Assembly: GCF_006345805.1 (NCBI RefSeq)
Contig: NW_021836868.1
Span: 1 to 36,810, forward strand
Direction of reading: 5' to 3'
Origin: Octopus sinensis
Taxonomy: Eukaryota
DNA: 36,810 nucleotides
Notes under the pieces: generated by a model
Told to the model about the DNA's origin: nothing
The model's database searches: none
The model's input: only the letters and a program-made list of their open reading frames with translations
Shown: one piece after another, positions 1-10,345 of the stretch
Numbering within the stretch: position 1 is the stretch's first letter
Layout: each line of letters starts with the position of its first letter
Translations under genes and position numbers: made by a program

Positions 1-70
1 GAATTAAACGATATTCTTTATTCTATAACACTACCATTGTATATTGTTCAGATGATATAATTAATATATA

Positions 71-390
71 GAACATGGCTCTGTGGTTAGAACGTGGAGC
101 TTACAATGGTGAGGTTGTGTGTTCGAATCCCGGACCAGGCTGGGTGTTGTGTTCTTGAGCAGGACACTTTATTTCGCGTTGCTCCAGTTCACTCAGCTGT
201 AGAAATGAGTTGCGACGTCACAGGTTCCAAGTTGTACCAGCCGTTGCCTTTCCCTTAGATAGAGAGGGGAGGCCGGTATGCATGGGCGACTGCTGGTCTT
301 CCATAAACAATCTTGCCCGGATTTGTGCCTGGGAGGGTAACTTTCTAGGTGCAATCCCACGGTCAGTCATGACCGACGGGGGTCTCAGCT
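71..390 (+). mobile_element. tRNA-derived SINE with CORE/Meta-like central domain
   Basis: A-box TGGCTCTGTGGTTAG (76-90), B-box GTTCGAATCCC (121-131), then GTGTTCTTGAGCAGGACACTTT...CTCAGCTGTAGAAATGAGT resembling the CORE/Meta SINE domain. Confidence 0.75.
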
Positions 391-634
391 CAATCCTTAC
401 CATCTATCGTAGGTGTAAAATATGCTTTTAGGTGAGTATTTCAATAAGTTCTACGTTAGATCATACTATCATTTCACAGACACATGTTCCACTTTTGAAG
501 AATGGCAGTGGTCACACAAGATATTAACCATATCATCTTATCAATGAACTACGGGAGTGATGTATAGACACAATTGCAGGGATATGGAATAAAGAATGTC
601 GTTGAAACCATTCGCTTATTCCTTATCAGCTTTG

Positions 635-638
<4 letters not shown>

Positions 639-668
<30 letters not shown>

Positions 669-720
669 TGTATGTATGTATGTATGTATGTATGTATGTA
701 TGTATGTATGTGTGTGTGTG
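639..720. repeat. (TATG)n followed by (TG)n microsatellite
   Basis: Direct reading of the sequence. Confidence 0.97.
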
Positions 721-804
721 CCTCCCTTTCCTATTTTACTTGTCTCAGTAAGTCTACTGCTTTGCAGCAGGAGAATCACCTTGAAGTATGTAACTCGAAC
801 GAAT

Positions 805-945
805 CGAGACCACTAACTATTCTTTTAAACCCTGGTACTTACCCTGTCGGCCGCTTATGCGAAATCGCTGACTGACGAGGAATAATAAAAAGCACTAACA
901 TAGGTTGTGAAGAAGTAGTGAGTACAAACATAGAGACTAAGTCAC
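805..945 (+). mobile_element. Degenerate 3' half of a SINE
   Basis: TGGTACTTA...GGTTGTGAAG...ACAAACA resembles the body and tail of an abundant cephalopod SINE; heavily decayed, recognised by eye. Confidence 0.35.
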
Positions 946-989
946 ACACATAAACTCGCACACATATGTATATTATATAATTATATAAA

Positions 990-1548
<559 letters not shown>

Positions 1549-1596
1549 TATATATATGAATGAAGGTTTGAAAATGCAATTTTAAAAGATGTTTAT

Positions 1597-1642
1597 TTAC
1601 TTGACCGGTTTCACTTTCTTAGAATAAGATTGTCAAAAGCAA
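1597..1642 (-). ncRNA. Minimal type-I hammerhead-like motif, U3-A8 core variant
   Basis: Minus strand TTGCTT-TTGACAA-[TCTTATTCTAAGAAAGT]-GAAA-C-CG-GTC-AAGTAA. Helix I 6 bp, palindromic helix III ACCGGT, GUC site; helix II base imperfect. Confidence 0.5.
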
Positions 1643-1997
1643 CATGTAAAAGCTTTGTTGTGTTAGGTACTGATTGTCTACAATACATACACACATTCTT
1701 TGATAATAATATGAACATTTAGTTAGTATATAAATGTACAATGAGGGAGATATGTTTAGTTTGAACTGACCTGATTCACCATATTATCGTAAAAGCTTTT
1801 ACGATAATATGGTGAATCAGGTTCGTTGAAACTAAACATATATCCCTCATTGTACATTTATATACTACCAAAATGTAACCTTTTTGAACTTATAATTTTC
1901 TGTGTGTATATATACAGATACAATACCAATTTTCCTCTGACCTTTTAATAATTCTTTCAGTAAACTGTTTTTAACATTCTCTTTTTATTATCAAAGA

Positions 1998-2634
1998 ATG
2001 TATATATGTATTGTAATCTTTTGTACCCAATATTTTAATGAACTTGTCAAATTTCTTTTATATTTTCCCAAGATTTTCCCTTGTAAACTGTGTTTAACAT
2101 ATTCTTATTATTATCAAAGAATGTATATATGTATTGTAATCTTTTGTACCCAATATTTTAATGAACTTGTCAAATTTCTTTTATATTTTCCCAAGATTTT
2201 CCCTTGTAAACTGTGTTTAACATATTCTTATTATTATCAAAGAATGTATATATGTATTGTAATCTTTTGTACCCAATATTTTAATGAACTTGTCAAATTT
2301 CTTTTATATTTTCCCAAGATTTTCCCTTGTAAACTGTGTTTAACATATTCTTATTATTATCAAAGAATGTATATATGTATTGTAATCTTTTGTACCCAAT
2401 ATTTTAATGAACTTGTCAAATTTCTTTTATATTTTCCCAAGGTTTTCCCTTGTAAACTGTGTTTAACATATTCTTATTATTATCAAAGAATGTATATATG
2501 TATTGTAATCTTTTGTACCCAATATTTTAATGAACTTGTCAAATTTCTTTTATATTTTCCCAAGATTTTCCCTTGTAAACTGTGTTTAACATATTCTTAT
2601 TATTATCAAAGTATGTATATATGTATTGTAATAC
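1998..2634 (+). repeat. 123-bp tandem minisatellite, 5 full units plus partial units
   Basis: Units start at 1998, 2121, 2244, 2367, 2490 and 2613 and are near-identical (A>G at about 2442; A>T just before 2613). Confidence 0.97.
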
Positions 2635-2675
2635 TTTGTGACAACCAGTACCTAACACAACAAAGCTTTTACATG

Positions 2676-2720
2676 TTGCTTTTGACAATTCTTTCTAAAT
2701 AACTGAAACCGGTCAAGCAA
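2676..2720 (+). ncRNA. Minimal type-I hammerhead-like motif, U3-A8 core variant
   Basis: TTGCTT(2676-81)-TTGACAA(2682-88)-16 nt-GAAA(2705-08)-CCGGTC-AAGCAA(2715-20). Perfect 6-bp helix I; helix II poorly paired. Confidence 0.5.
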
Positions 2721-2842
2721 ATAAACATTTTTTAACATTGCATTTTCAAACCTTCTTTGATATATAATTCCACTCGTGCGGTACCTTACAACTCGAAACA
2801 TTACGTACGACAGTGGTTCTTACGTAATGTTTCGAGTGTATG

Positions 2843-3300
2843 GGCGCACGAATAAATCACAGCTTAATCAGAGCATGTTCATCATATTTTTCCGACATCC
2901 TCGGTATTGTGTATTGGGAGATTATTCAGCGAGGACGTTTGGGGAAAATGACCGGATCTGGATTCGCGAAGTATTGAATTTTTCACGACAAAAATGCACC
3001 TATCACCTCACTCGTAAGTTTCTTGCCAAAAACAACATGCTATCGCTTCCGCATCTGCCCTATTCGCCAGATTTACCACCTGCTGACTTGCATCCGTTCC
3101 TCAAGATGAAAGATCAGCTCAGAGGTCGAGATCAAGAGCAAACATAACATCATTGTCGAAATCAAAAGGTCCTCGACTCGCCTATGGAAAACTACGTCCA
3201 GGCCGGATTTCAAAAGTGTCCGAAAAGCTGGGGCAGTTGTATTATTGCTCAGGTAACATGCGTTACTTTTATTAATCATAGCTCGTTCAGAAAATTTATA
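2843..3300 (+). mobile_element. Decayed, internally deleted mariner element (3' part)
   Basis: SMFIIFF and LPHLPYSPDLPPAD (mariner YSPDLAPxD motif); similar to 22076-22916. Confidence 0.75.
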
Positions 3301-3304
3301 TATA

Positions 3305-3445
3305 GGACGGGTTTCCTTCAGTTACCGTGAACCCAAGTAACTAACATACACGAGTTTGTTTGGTTTGAGACCAGATTACACGGAGAAGAACTGAATACAG
3401 AAGCAAAATTCTTGTCACACAGCCAAGCCAACGCCTAAGCGTATG
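3305..3445 (-). mobile_element. Degenerate SINE remnant
   Basis: GGGTTTCCTTCAGTTACCGT...ACTGAA...CACACAGCC; resembles the SINE whose head is at 33232 and matches 22922-23050. Confidence 0.4.
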
Positions 3446-3698
3446 CACACACAACCACACACACACACACACATACACAATACACACACACACGTATGAC
3501 GGAAATGAAAAATGGATTTTACGTGATATATTAATCATTACTGCTGTTTCAACCCGTCTTCAATCGGCCCCTCATGAATGAGATAATGGTCGATTGGCCG
3601 CGGTGCATCTTTCTTTGCAGATGTTTCTCATCAGTTGACATTTCAAAAAGTGCTCAATAAACTCGGTTTCACTTGGTTCGATTATAATGTATTTCGTT

Positions 3699-3699
<1 letters not shown>

Positions 3700-3737
<38 letters not shown>

Positions 3738-3890
3738 TAATAATAATAATAATAATTTTAGTACGAATGAGGTGAAGAAGAAGAAAAAGAAGAAGAAAAA
3801 GAAGAAGAAGAAGAAGAAGAAGAAGAACAACAACAACAACAGCAACAACGACAACAACAAAAACAACGACAACAACAACAATAATAACAA
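3700..3890. repeat. Compound (AAT)n(AAG)n(AAC)n microsatellite
   Basis: Direct reading of the sequence. Confidence 0.95.
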
Positions 3891-4051
3891 CGAAGAAATC
3901 GGTGATGAAGAAAAAATAATATAAGTAGGAAGAAAACAGACAAGATGGACAAGCAAAACAATAACAAGAAAATTTGGGAATGAGGATAGAAATGATAATA
4001 AAAATATATCAACATAATTAAAATTATCAGACATACACACAGACACAAACG

Positions 4052-4230
4052 TACGAGGGACGCACCAAACGTTGTTTTATGTTGTGGACGACTAGCTACA
4101 TTAACATCCTTCCTAAAGAAATTGAAACGGAATATGCAGCCATCACACTGGACAGTTTGACCAAATTGCCCCAGCTGTAGCTCACTGTACAAATAGAAAA
4201 TGACGACTACCAACTTCAGCACGTCATGTA
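4052..4230 (+). mobile_element. Possible mariner 5' terminal remnant
   Basis: Starts TACGAGGG, a typical mariner TIR start with TA; no coding motif follows. Confidence 0.3.
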
Positions 4231-4809
4231 ATTGTAGAGTTTAAAATAACTCATTATTGAATCAGTATCTCAAAAGAGTGAGGATGAATATATTTCTATA
4301 CTTTCTTCTCTTGAAGTGAGTATAACTCTGCATAAATATATATTTCATAATATACCCACCTATAGACACAAATGCAAACATAGATATTCACGTGCAATCG
4401 TACACTCATACACAAAATGTTAGACATTTATGCAGACACATAGAGACACAAACATTTCATAGACACCTTCATACACACTCTAACATGAATATAGTAGCAG
4501 AACATTAGTTAGAGATACAGAGAGAAAAAGGAAGATGAGAAGACATTAAGTTCCTAGAAAAATTTCATGAATAGAATAATATCAAAAAACTTTAGCAACT
4601 TACATTTCCTTTAAACTTGAAAGATTTTGAATGGATCCTTGTGAGATGGTTCTGATCTCATTTTCACCGAGATTTCTGAAAAATAAAACACAATTCAAAA
4701 GTAAGAGTATCAAAGATTATTAAAAAGATTTCTTATAAACTATTATTAATTCTTGTATCTTTAGAATCATATTAATAAAAAGAGGATGGTGAAGGAGAAA
4801 ATGGCCGAG

Positions 4810-4841
4810 ATGATATTGATGATGATGATGATGATGACGAC

Positions 4842-4885
<44 letters not shown>

Positions 4886-4978
4886 CCATGATGATGATGA
4901 TGATGACGATGATGATGGTGACGATGACGATGGTGACGATCGTGACGATGGTGATGTTCGTGACGATGATGATGATGA
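4810..4978. repeat. (GAT)n/(GAC) microsatellite followed by purine-rich low-complexity sequence
   Basis: Direct reading of the sequence. Confidence 0.95.
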
Positions 4979-5360
4979 AAGATGTGGTGAAAAGTTAGAA
5001 ATTGATAAGATTAACGAAGAAGGTGAAGGAAAATAAATCATAGAACGGATAAATACAGAGAAGTAGAAGAAGAAGAAGCTAAAATGATTCATGAAGAGAG
5101 GAGAAAGCAGTTGAAAAACTTAAAAGCAGAAGAACCAGAAAATGATGAACAAGATGAATGTAGAGAAATATTTTGATGAAGACGATAAATGCAGGAAAAG
5201 AAGATATATTAAGAGAAGAAAAATAACGTGGAATATCAGAATTGGGAAACAAGTGGGAATAAAAGAATATAAATACAAATACTGTAGTCACACATCAAAC
5301 ACAAACATATATGTATATATGTATATATATATATATACATTACATATACATATATTTTCA

Positions 5361-6202
5361 CAACCCGCCATCGATTCAACTCGAACGAATTCCACTGGAT
5401 TATGTGAATACTTTCTGCTACAATGGAAGCCATCTGTCAGCAAAGGCAGACCTCAGCGATGAAATCCAACACCGTCTGAAGTGTGCAGGAACAGCTTTCG
5501 GCAAGCTTCGAACAAGAGTTCTTGCTGATCGGGACATCCGAACCGAAACCAAACTCATTGTGTACAGGGTAGTCATTATTCCAACCCTCTTTTAAGCATC
5601 CGAAACCTGGACCCCGTATAGTCACCACCTGAAAACGCTCGAGAAATTTCACCAACGCTGTCTTCGGAAGATCCTTAACATCAACTGGGAAGACAGAAGA
5701 ACAAACGTCAGAGTGCTACAAGAAGCAAAAATGACCCGCATCGAAGCCTATGTCATCAAAGGCCAACTAAGATGGAGCGGTAACGTGGTTAGAATGACTG
5801 ACGAACGACTTCCCAAACAGATCTTCTACTCCTAACTCAAAGACGGCAAGCGTACAAAAGGAGGCCAGAAGAAACGCTACAAGGACTTCCTGAAAACGAA
5901 CCTCAAAAAGTGTGACATCGAATTCACTAACTGGGAGGAAAAGGCAAAAAACAGACCACTCTGGAAAACCACCATCCATAAGGGAACGGCGACATTCGAG
6001 TCGAAAAGGTCTGCAGAGCTGGAGGAGAAAAGACGACGACGGAAGGAGCGCCAACAACAACCACTTGCGACTCTCCCTTCCGGCACTAGATGTCCGCACT
6101 GCGACCGATCTTTTCCAGCAAGAATTGGTCTTATCGGTCACCTACGGACTCACAAGTATATTTGCGCGAAGACCATCATCCTCAACCTAGAGTGATTGCC
6201 AT

Positions 6203-6205
<3 letters not shown>
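5361..6205 (+). mobile_element. RTE-clade LINE, 5'-truncated ORF C-terminus with C2H2 finger
   Basis: One frame with two stops (about 5593 and 5832): FCYNGSHLS...EIQHRLKCAGTAFGKL...ASETWT...FHQRCLRKILNINWED...QLRWSGNVVRM...LPKQIFY...GGQKKRYKD...[21 protein letters not shown]; short 3' end into (AT)n. Confidence 0.92.
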
Positions 6206-6250
<45 letters not shown>

Positions 6251-6339
6251 TATATAGAAAGATAGATATAGATATATATACACACGTTTATGTATTGGTT
6301 TTGCAAGAATTTTGATGTGAAATCGTGCTTTAAAACAGA

Positions 6340-6801
6340 TATTGTTGTATTTAGGAAATGCCAGTTTAACCAATAAGAACACGTGCACTATATATTTGGT
6401 GTTACTTTGCTTCAGCGTTATTTCTCTTTTAAATTAATCTTAATCTTATTTCGGCCAGAGTTCTTTCGTCACACTCCTGTGACCTCATCAGTGGTCCTTT
6501 GCTTTTTTCTTTCATATTTGTGTGTCTCTCCTTACTAACGGTCAGTCATTTTGTATTTTCTATTTCTATTGTTTGTGTCTTCATTTGCGCATGGGTATAC
6601 CTCGATATGGGTCTATGTGTGTGTGTCGGGAAAGTGCCTGTAATATTTGTATCTCCTGTTTATATATGTTCGAAATAACTGTGGCCGAAATAACATTAAG
6701 CTTAACGTAAAAATTAAATAACACTGAAGCAAAGTAACACCAAAGATATAGTGCGTGTGATTTATTGGCAAAACTGGCAAAATGACCATTCCTAAATACA
6801 A

Positions 6802-6806
<5 letters not shown>
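6340..6806. mobile_element. Non-coding element with about 130-bp imperfect inverted arms (pLTR-like) carrying a hammerhead
   Basis: 6340-6468 is the reverse complement of 6671-6806 (shared GGCCGAAATAA, CTGAAGCAAAGTAACACCAAA, TTCCTAAATACAA). Confidence 0.6.
6453..6497 (-). ncRNA. Minimal type-I hammerhead ribozyme motif (canonical core)
   Basis: Minus strand GGACCA-CTGATGA-G-GTCACA/GGAG/TGTGAC-GAAA-G-AA-CTC-TGGCC. 6-bp helix II, 2-bp helix III, CUC site between 6458 and 6457. Confidence 0.7.
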
Positions 6807-6832
<26 letters not shown>

Positions 6833-6836
<4 letters not shown>

Positions 6837-7797
6837 AGGGATGAAATGGAGCGGAACGAAGATTCTACAAAATTCCTTTTTATTATTTTCTACACATGTT
6901 TCAAAGGCTGCAAATTCCCAAATTCGGATTGAATAAGGAGCCCATTCTGCAGCTTTCTCTTCAGGAAAATCAGGAATTTAAAATCTCCAAACAAATGCGC
7001 AGCAAGCTTTTCGAACAAAACGCTCCCTAGGAGCCCATGGTAAAAATGGCACAAAACTGATGTCCTAAGAAAAGAAGAAAATTGTTTGGAAGAAATTTGG
7101 AAAAAATTTTGAATTAAATTTGAAAGGGGAAATTACTCCCCTTTTAGCGTATGTTCTGCTACTTACTTAGAAACAATATCAGGGATTATACTCCCCTGGT
7201 TTTTTGACAAGTCATCTGTATATAAACTGGTCATAGACGAACACACATACACAGAATTTTATCAGCCGCTTGACCAGCAGTGTCTACAATACAATATATT
7301 TTCTCTCTAGCTGCTTCCTAATATACTGCCACACATACATAGACGCATACACATACACATACATGTAGGTAGTTCCTCACACCCAAATAAGATAGCTGCC
7401 ATTCTTAAAACAATTTGAACAGTAACACTAGTTATACAGAATATATTCACACTCTTTGGGTTTTCTGTGATTCTTCCCCTACCTGATTTGACCGTGGCTT
7501 GACCTAGGTTTATTCCAACGGACTTTTTCGTCGGCCTTCACCCACCCTGTCGTCAGCGCATATTGAGAGACAGTTTTGTGCCATTTTTACCATGGGCTCC
7601 TAGGGAGCGTTTTGTTCGAAAAGCTTGCTGCGCATTTGTTTGGAGATTTTAAATTCCTGATTTTCCTGAAGAGAAAGCTGCAGAATGGGCTCCTTATTCA
7701 ATCCGAATTTGGGAATTTGCAGCCTTTGAAACATGTGTAGAAAATAATAAAAAGGAATTTTGTAGAATCTTCGTTCCGCTCCATTTCATCCCTTCAC
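6833..7797. mobile_element. Foldback/MITE-like element, 965 bp, 227-bp TIRs, TA on both flanks
   Basis: 6833-7059 is the exact reverse complement of 7571-7797 by eye; TA at 6831-32 and 7798-99; 511-bp non-coding spacer. Confidence 0.85.
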
Positions 7798-7960
7798 TAA
7801 ATATACAAAACTTCAATTATCCGCGCTAAAGCACGGGGGTGAAACCCCATGGTTATAACCTCAACCGTGTCTTTTGTGGTGTGATTTTTGCTACACAGGT
7901 ATCGGTTATATTTTGAATAATCCGTAACAAGATAATTCATTTATCCATTTCATTAAACAT

Positions 7961-7993
<33 letters not shown>

Positions 7994-8346
7994 GTGTGTG
8001 TGTGTGCGTGTGTGTGTGTGAGTGCGTGTGTGTACATACACACATCCACCTATATATACCTTATCAAACCCTGATGTATAAACGCACACACTCACTTCCA
8101 GGCCACACATGTATTCCCACTTTCTTACACACAGGCAAACACAAATTGCAAGACAATATGAATTGTATAAGAATGAGGGTAAATAAAAAGATAAGAGAGA
8201 CATTTAGTTTGTGGAAATGACATTGGTTGACATATTGTGATCTTATTATGAAGAAGATGACTAACATAAGAGAAAGTCTCCCGCCCCTAAGCCCTAGAAC
8301 ATCACCTAATCACTCTTATCCGTCTTGTTGCCCAAACCGCAACATC

Positions 8347-8354
8347 GACATCAT

Positions 8355-8432
<78 letters not shown>

Positions 8433-8495
8433 AAGAAGAAAAAAAAGAAGAAGAAGAAGAAGAAGAAGATGATGATGACGATGATGATGATGATT
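8347..8495. repeat. Compound (CAT)n(CAG)n(TAG)n(AAG)n(GAT)n microsatellite
   Basis: Direct reading of the sequence. Confidence 0.95.
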
Positions 8496-8659
8496 ATGAG
8501 GATAATGATGATAAGCAACAACAACAGCAACAACATTAAAACAACAATAAGAGAAGTGGGAGAAAATGTCGGAGCTGAAGAAAAGAATGATGTAAAGAAT
8601 AAGGAGGAAACAAAGGAGTCTGTCATGAAGAAAACTTAAATATAATATTTCTGATCTTA

Positions 8660-9284
8660 TAATAATTCTGCTTGTCATTATCTTAATAAGTCCGTCGGTA
8701 ACGCTTTCTCGTGATTAGAGAAAAAGAGGGAGAACGAAAAAGAGCGAGAGAGAAATGTCCATGACCTGAGGTAGAAGGAACGTGACTGTAATGCTTTCAC
8801 GTGATTAGTTAAATGGAATGAGAGACCGAGAGAAAGAAAAAGGAATGAGAAAACGAAAGTAGGTGGATGAGTGGGGCAGAAAGAGAGGGAGAGGGAGAAA
8901 AGGGGAGAGAAAAAGGAGCGAGGGAGAAAAGAGGGGGAGGACATGTTGTTGGGGGAACGTAATATTTATTACGTGACGAAAAAGTTAGTTGAAGGTAGTG
9001 ATATTGAGGAGGGTTACGAATATAATTTTAGCAGAGCGGTGATGTTCTGGTGGTGAGATTAAAATAAGGCAGATAGGTAGATAAAGAGATAGGGAGATAA
9101 ACTGAGAAAATGAGAGAAAGGGTGAGTGAGAGATGGTAGTAGTGGTGGTAGTGGTTGTGGTGGAAATGGTGATGATGAGTGCATAATGCAAAGTAACTTA
9201 TGAATTGAACTAAGTATTTTTTATCCCCTATCACTTAACACATGCTCATAAATATTCACACTTATTTACAGTGTCATATGTACG

Positions 9285-9290
<6 letters not shown>
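8660..9290. repeat. Interspersed non-coding repeat, probably Helitron-associated; distal part repeated at 35095-35250
   Basis: TAAGTATTTT..ATCCCCTATCACTTAAC.CATG...AAATATTCACACTTA..TACAGTGTCATATGT.CG.CG occurs at both loci, each next to Helitron coding remnants. Confidence 0.4.
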
Positions 9291-9332
<42 letters not shown>

Positions 9333-9399
9333 CAATTAAGAAATGTATACACTATAATTAAAATATATATATTCCAATTAAAATAAAGGTGGACACACA

Positions 9400-9540
9400 G
9401 TAAATTCCATCTCTACAAGATCCCGGTTGATGTTGTTACTGCTTCTCATACATTCTGCCGTTGGTTGTGCTTCCGCTATGGGGGAGATAAAAATTCGCAA
9501 TTTACGGTTATTTGATCCTTTTTCCAAAGCTGTGCTTATG
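9400..9540 (-). pseudogene. Possible Helitron Pif1-helicase C-terminal remnant
   Basis: Minus strand ...AFGKGSNNRKLRIFI... followed by a RDLVEMEF-like end, resembling the YVAFSRV...NIVYxEI terminus; degenerate. Confidence 0.35.
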
Positions 9541-9559
9541 AAATAAGCAAATTACAAAA

Positions 9560-10345
9560 CTTGACTGAAGAATGGAAAGTTAAAGAAGATTAAAGCTACT
9601 AGCGAGAGGGTTAGGCACTACAGGCAGCGAATAAGAGAAGAACAGCGGTAAGAAACCAGAGAAAGGGACAAATGGTACCAACAGATGAGACGATCTGCAA
9701 TGGATGAAGAGCAGCGCAAGGCACAATTGCAGTGAGAGAGAATGCGAGACCAAGGTAGAAGACAGGATGAAGAAGAACAAACACAGTACAAGGAACAACA
9801 AAGATTGATATTTCAGCGGAGAATGGAAAACATGAATGATATGCAGCATCCGCAGTATCAGGACCAACAGAAAAGCGTAATGTAACAGAGAAGGGAGAAT
9901 ATGGATGATTTGGAAAGGGCTGCTTGTCTTCAAGGTCAAACAGAGAGACATCAAGATGGAGTTGCAAGTATGAATGCTGAACAGGCGTTACGTTTGCGAG
10001 ATGAACAGGTGCAACGAAAGCGTGAAGCAAGACATGGACTACCACTGAACAGAGACACAATAATCCTAAACGAACCTATCGTATTGGTGATATGTACTTA
10101 CATTGCGAGTATTGTGGAGCACTGAACTTTAAATATGAAAACTTCATGTTCTGTCACAATAAGAAAGTGAATTTTCCTCCACTGCAACTAAACTTTCAGA
10201 CATTGAAGAGTTTGTCTGAGAAAATTACCAAGAGTCTGCTTCATTTCGAAAAAAACATCAGCAATTACATCTGCATATCTTCCTTTACGTCATTTGGTGT
10301 GAAACACTCTGTGCCGCAAGGAAGAGGTCTACATTGTTTCTGTAT
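9560..10345 (+). pseudogene. Helitron RepHel N-terminal fragment (left of the Gypsy insertion)
   Basis: E/R/Q-rich repeats, then CEYCGALNFKYENFMFCHNKKVNFPPL...SFTSFG...GRGLHCFCI (Helitron N-terminal Zn motif). Confidence 0.7.

Larger units (their letters stand above)
1562..2757. mobile_element. Palindromic non-coding element: two back-to-back inverted pLTR-like arms (probably Penelope-derived), right arm expanded by a minisatellite
   Basis: 1562-1678 is the reverse complement of about 2639-2757; 1717-1795 mirrors 1796-1873; perfect 54-bp palindrome at 1769-1822; each arm carries an HHR-like motif followed by AATAAA. Confidence 0.7.

Noticed and set aside
71-135. tRNA gene (also 12700-12776 and 31760-31820)
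   Set aside because: A/B boxes are present but there is no cloverleaf or acceptor stem; followed by SINE body sequence
1998-2634. CRISPR-like array
   Set aside because: The units are contiguous and identical with no variable spacers; eukaryotic context, no cas genes
1998-2702. 234-aa ORF with 41-aa repeats
   Set aside because: It is a by-product of a 123-bp (multiple of 3) minisatellite inside a non-coding element, with no domain features
3600-3640. Minus-strand CTGATGA...GAAA
   Set aside because: No helix II closure or NUH site
3669-5092. Poly-L/F/S/M ORFs (also 549-875, 8227-8678, 23824-24337, 27802-28737)
   Set aside because: Translations of microsatellites
7515-7560. Minus-strand CTGACGA...GAAA..GTC hammerhead-like string inside the foldback spacer
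   Set aside because: Helix II starts with a C-C mismatch and helix III has only one pair; probably chance
7820-7840. CCGCGCTAAAGCACGGG hairpin as a Helitron 3' end
   Set aside because: No CTRR terminus at the expected distance on either strand
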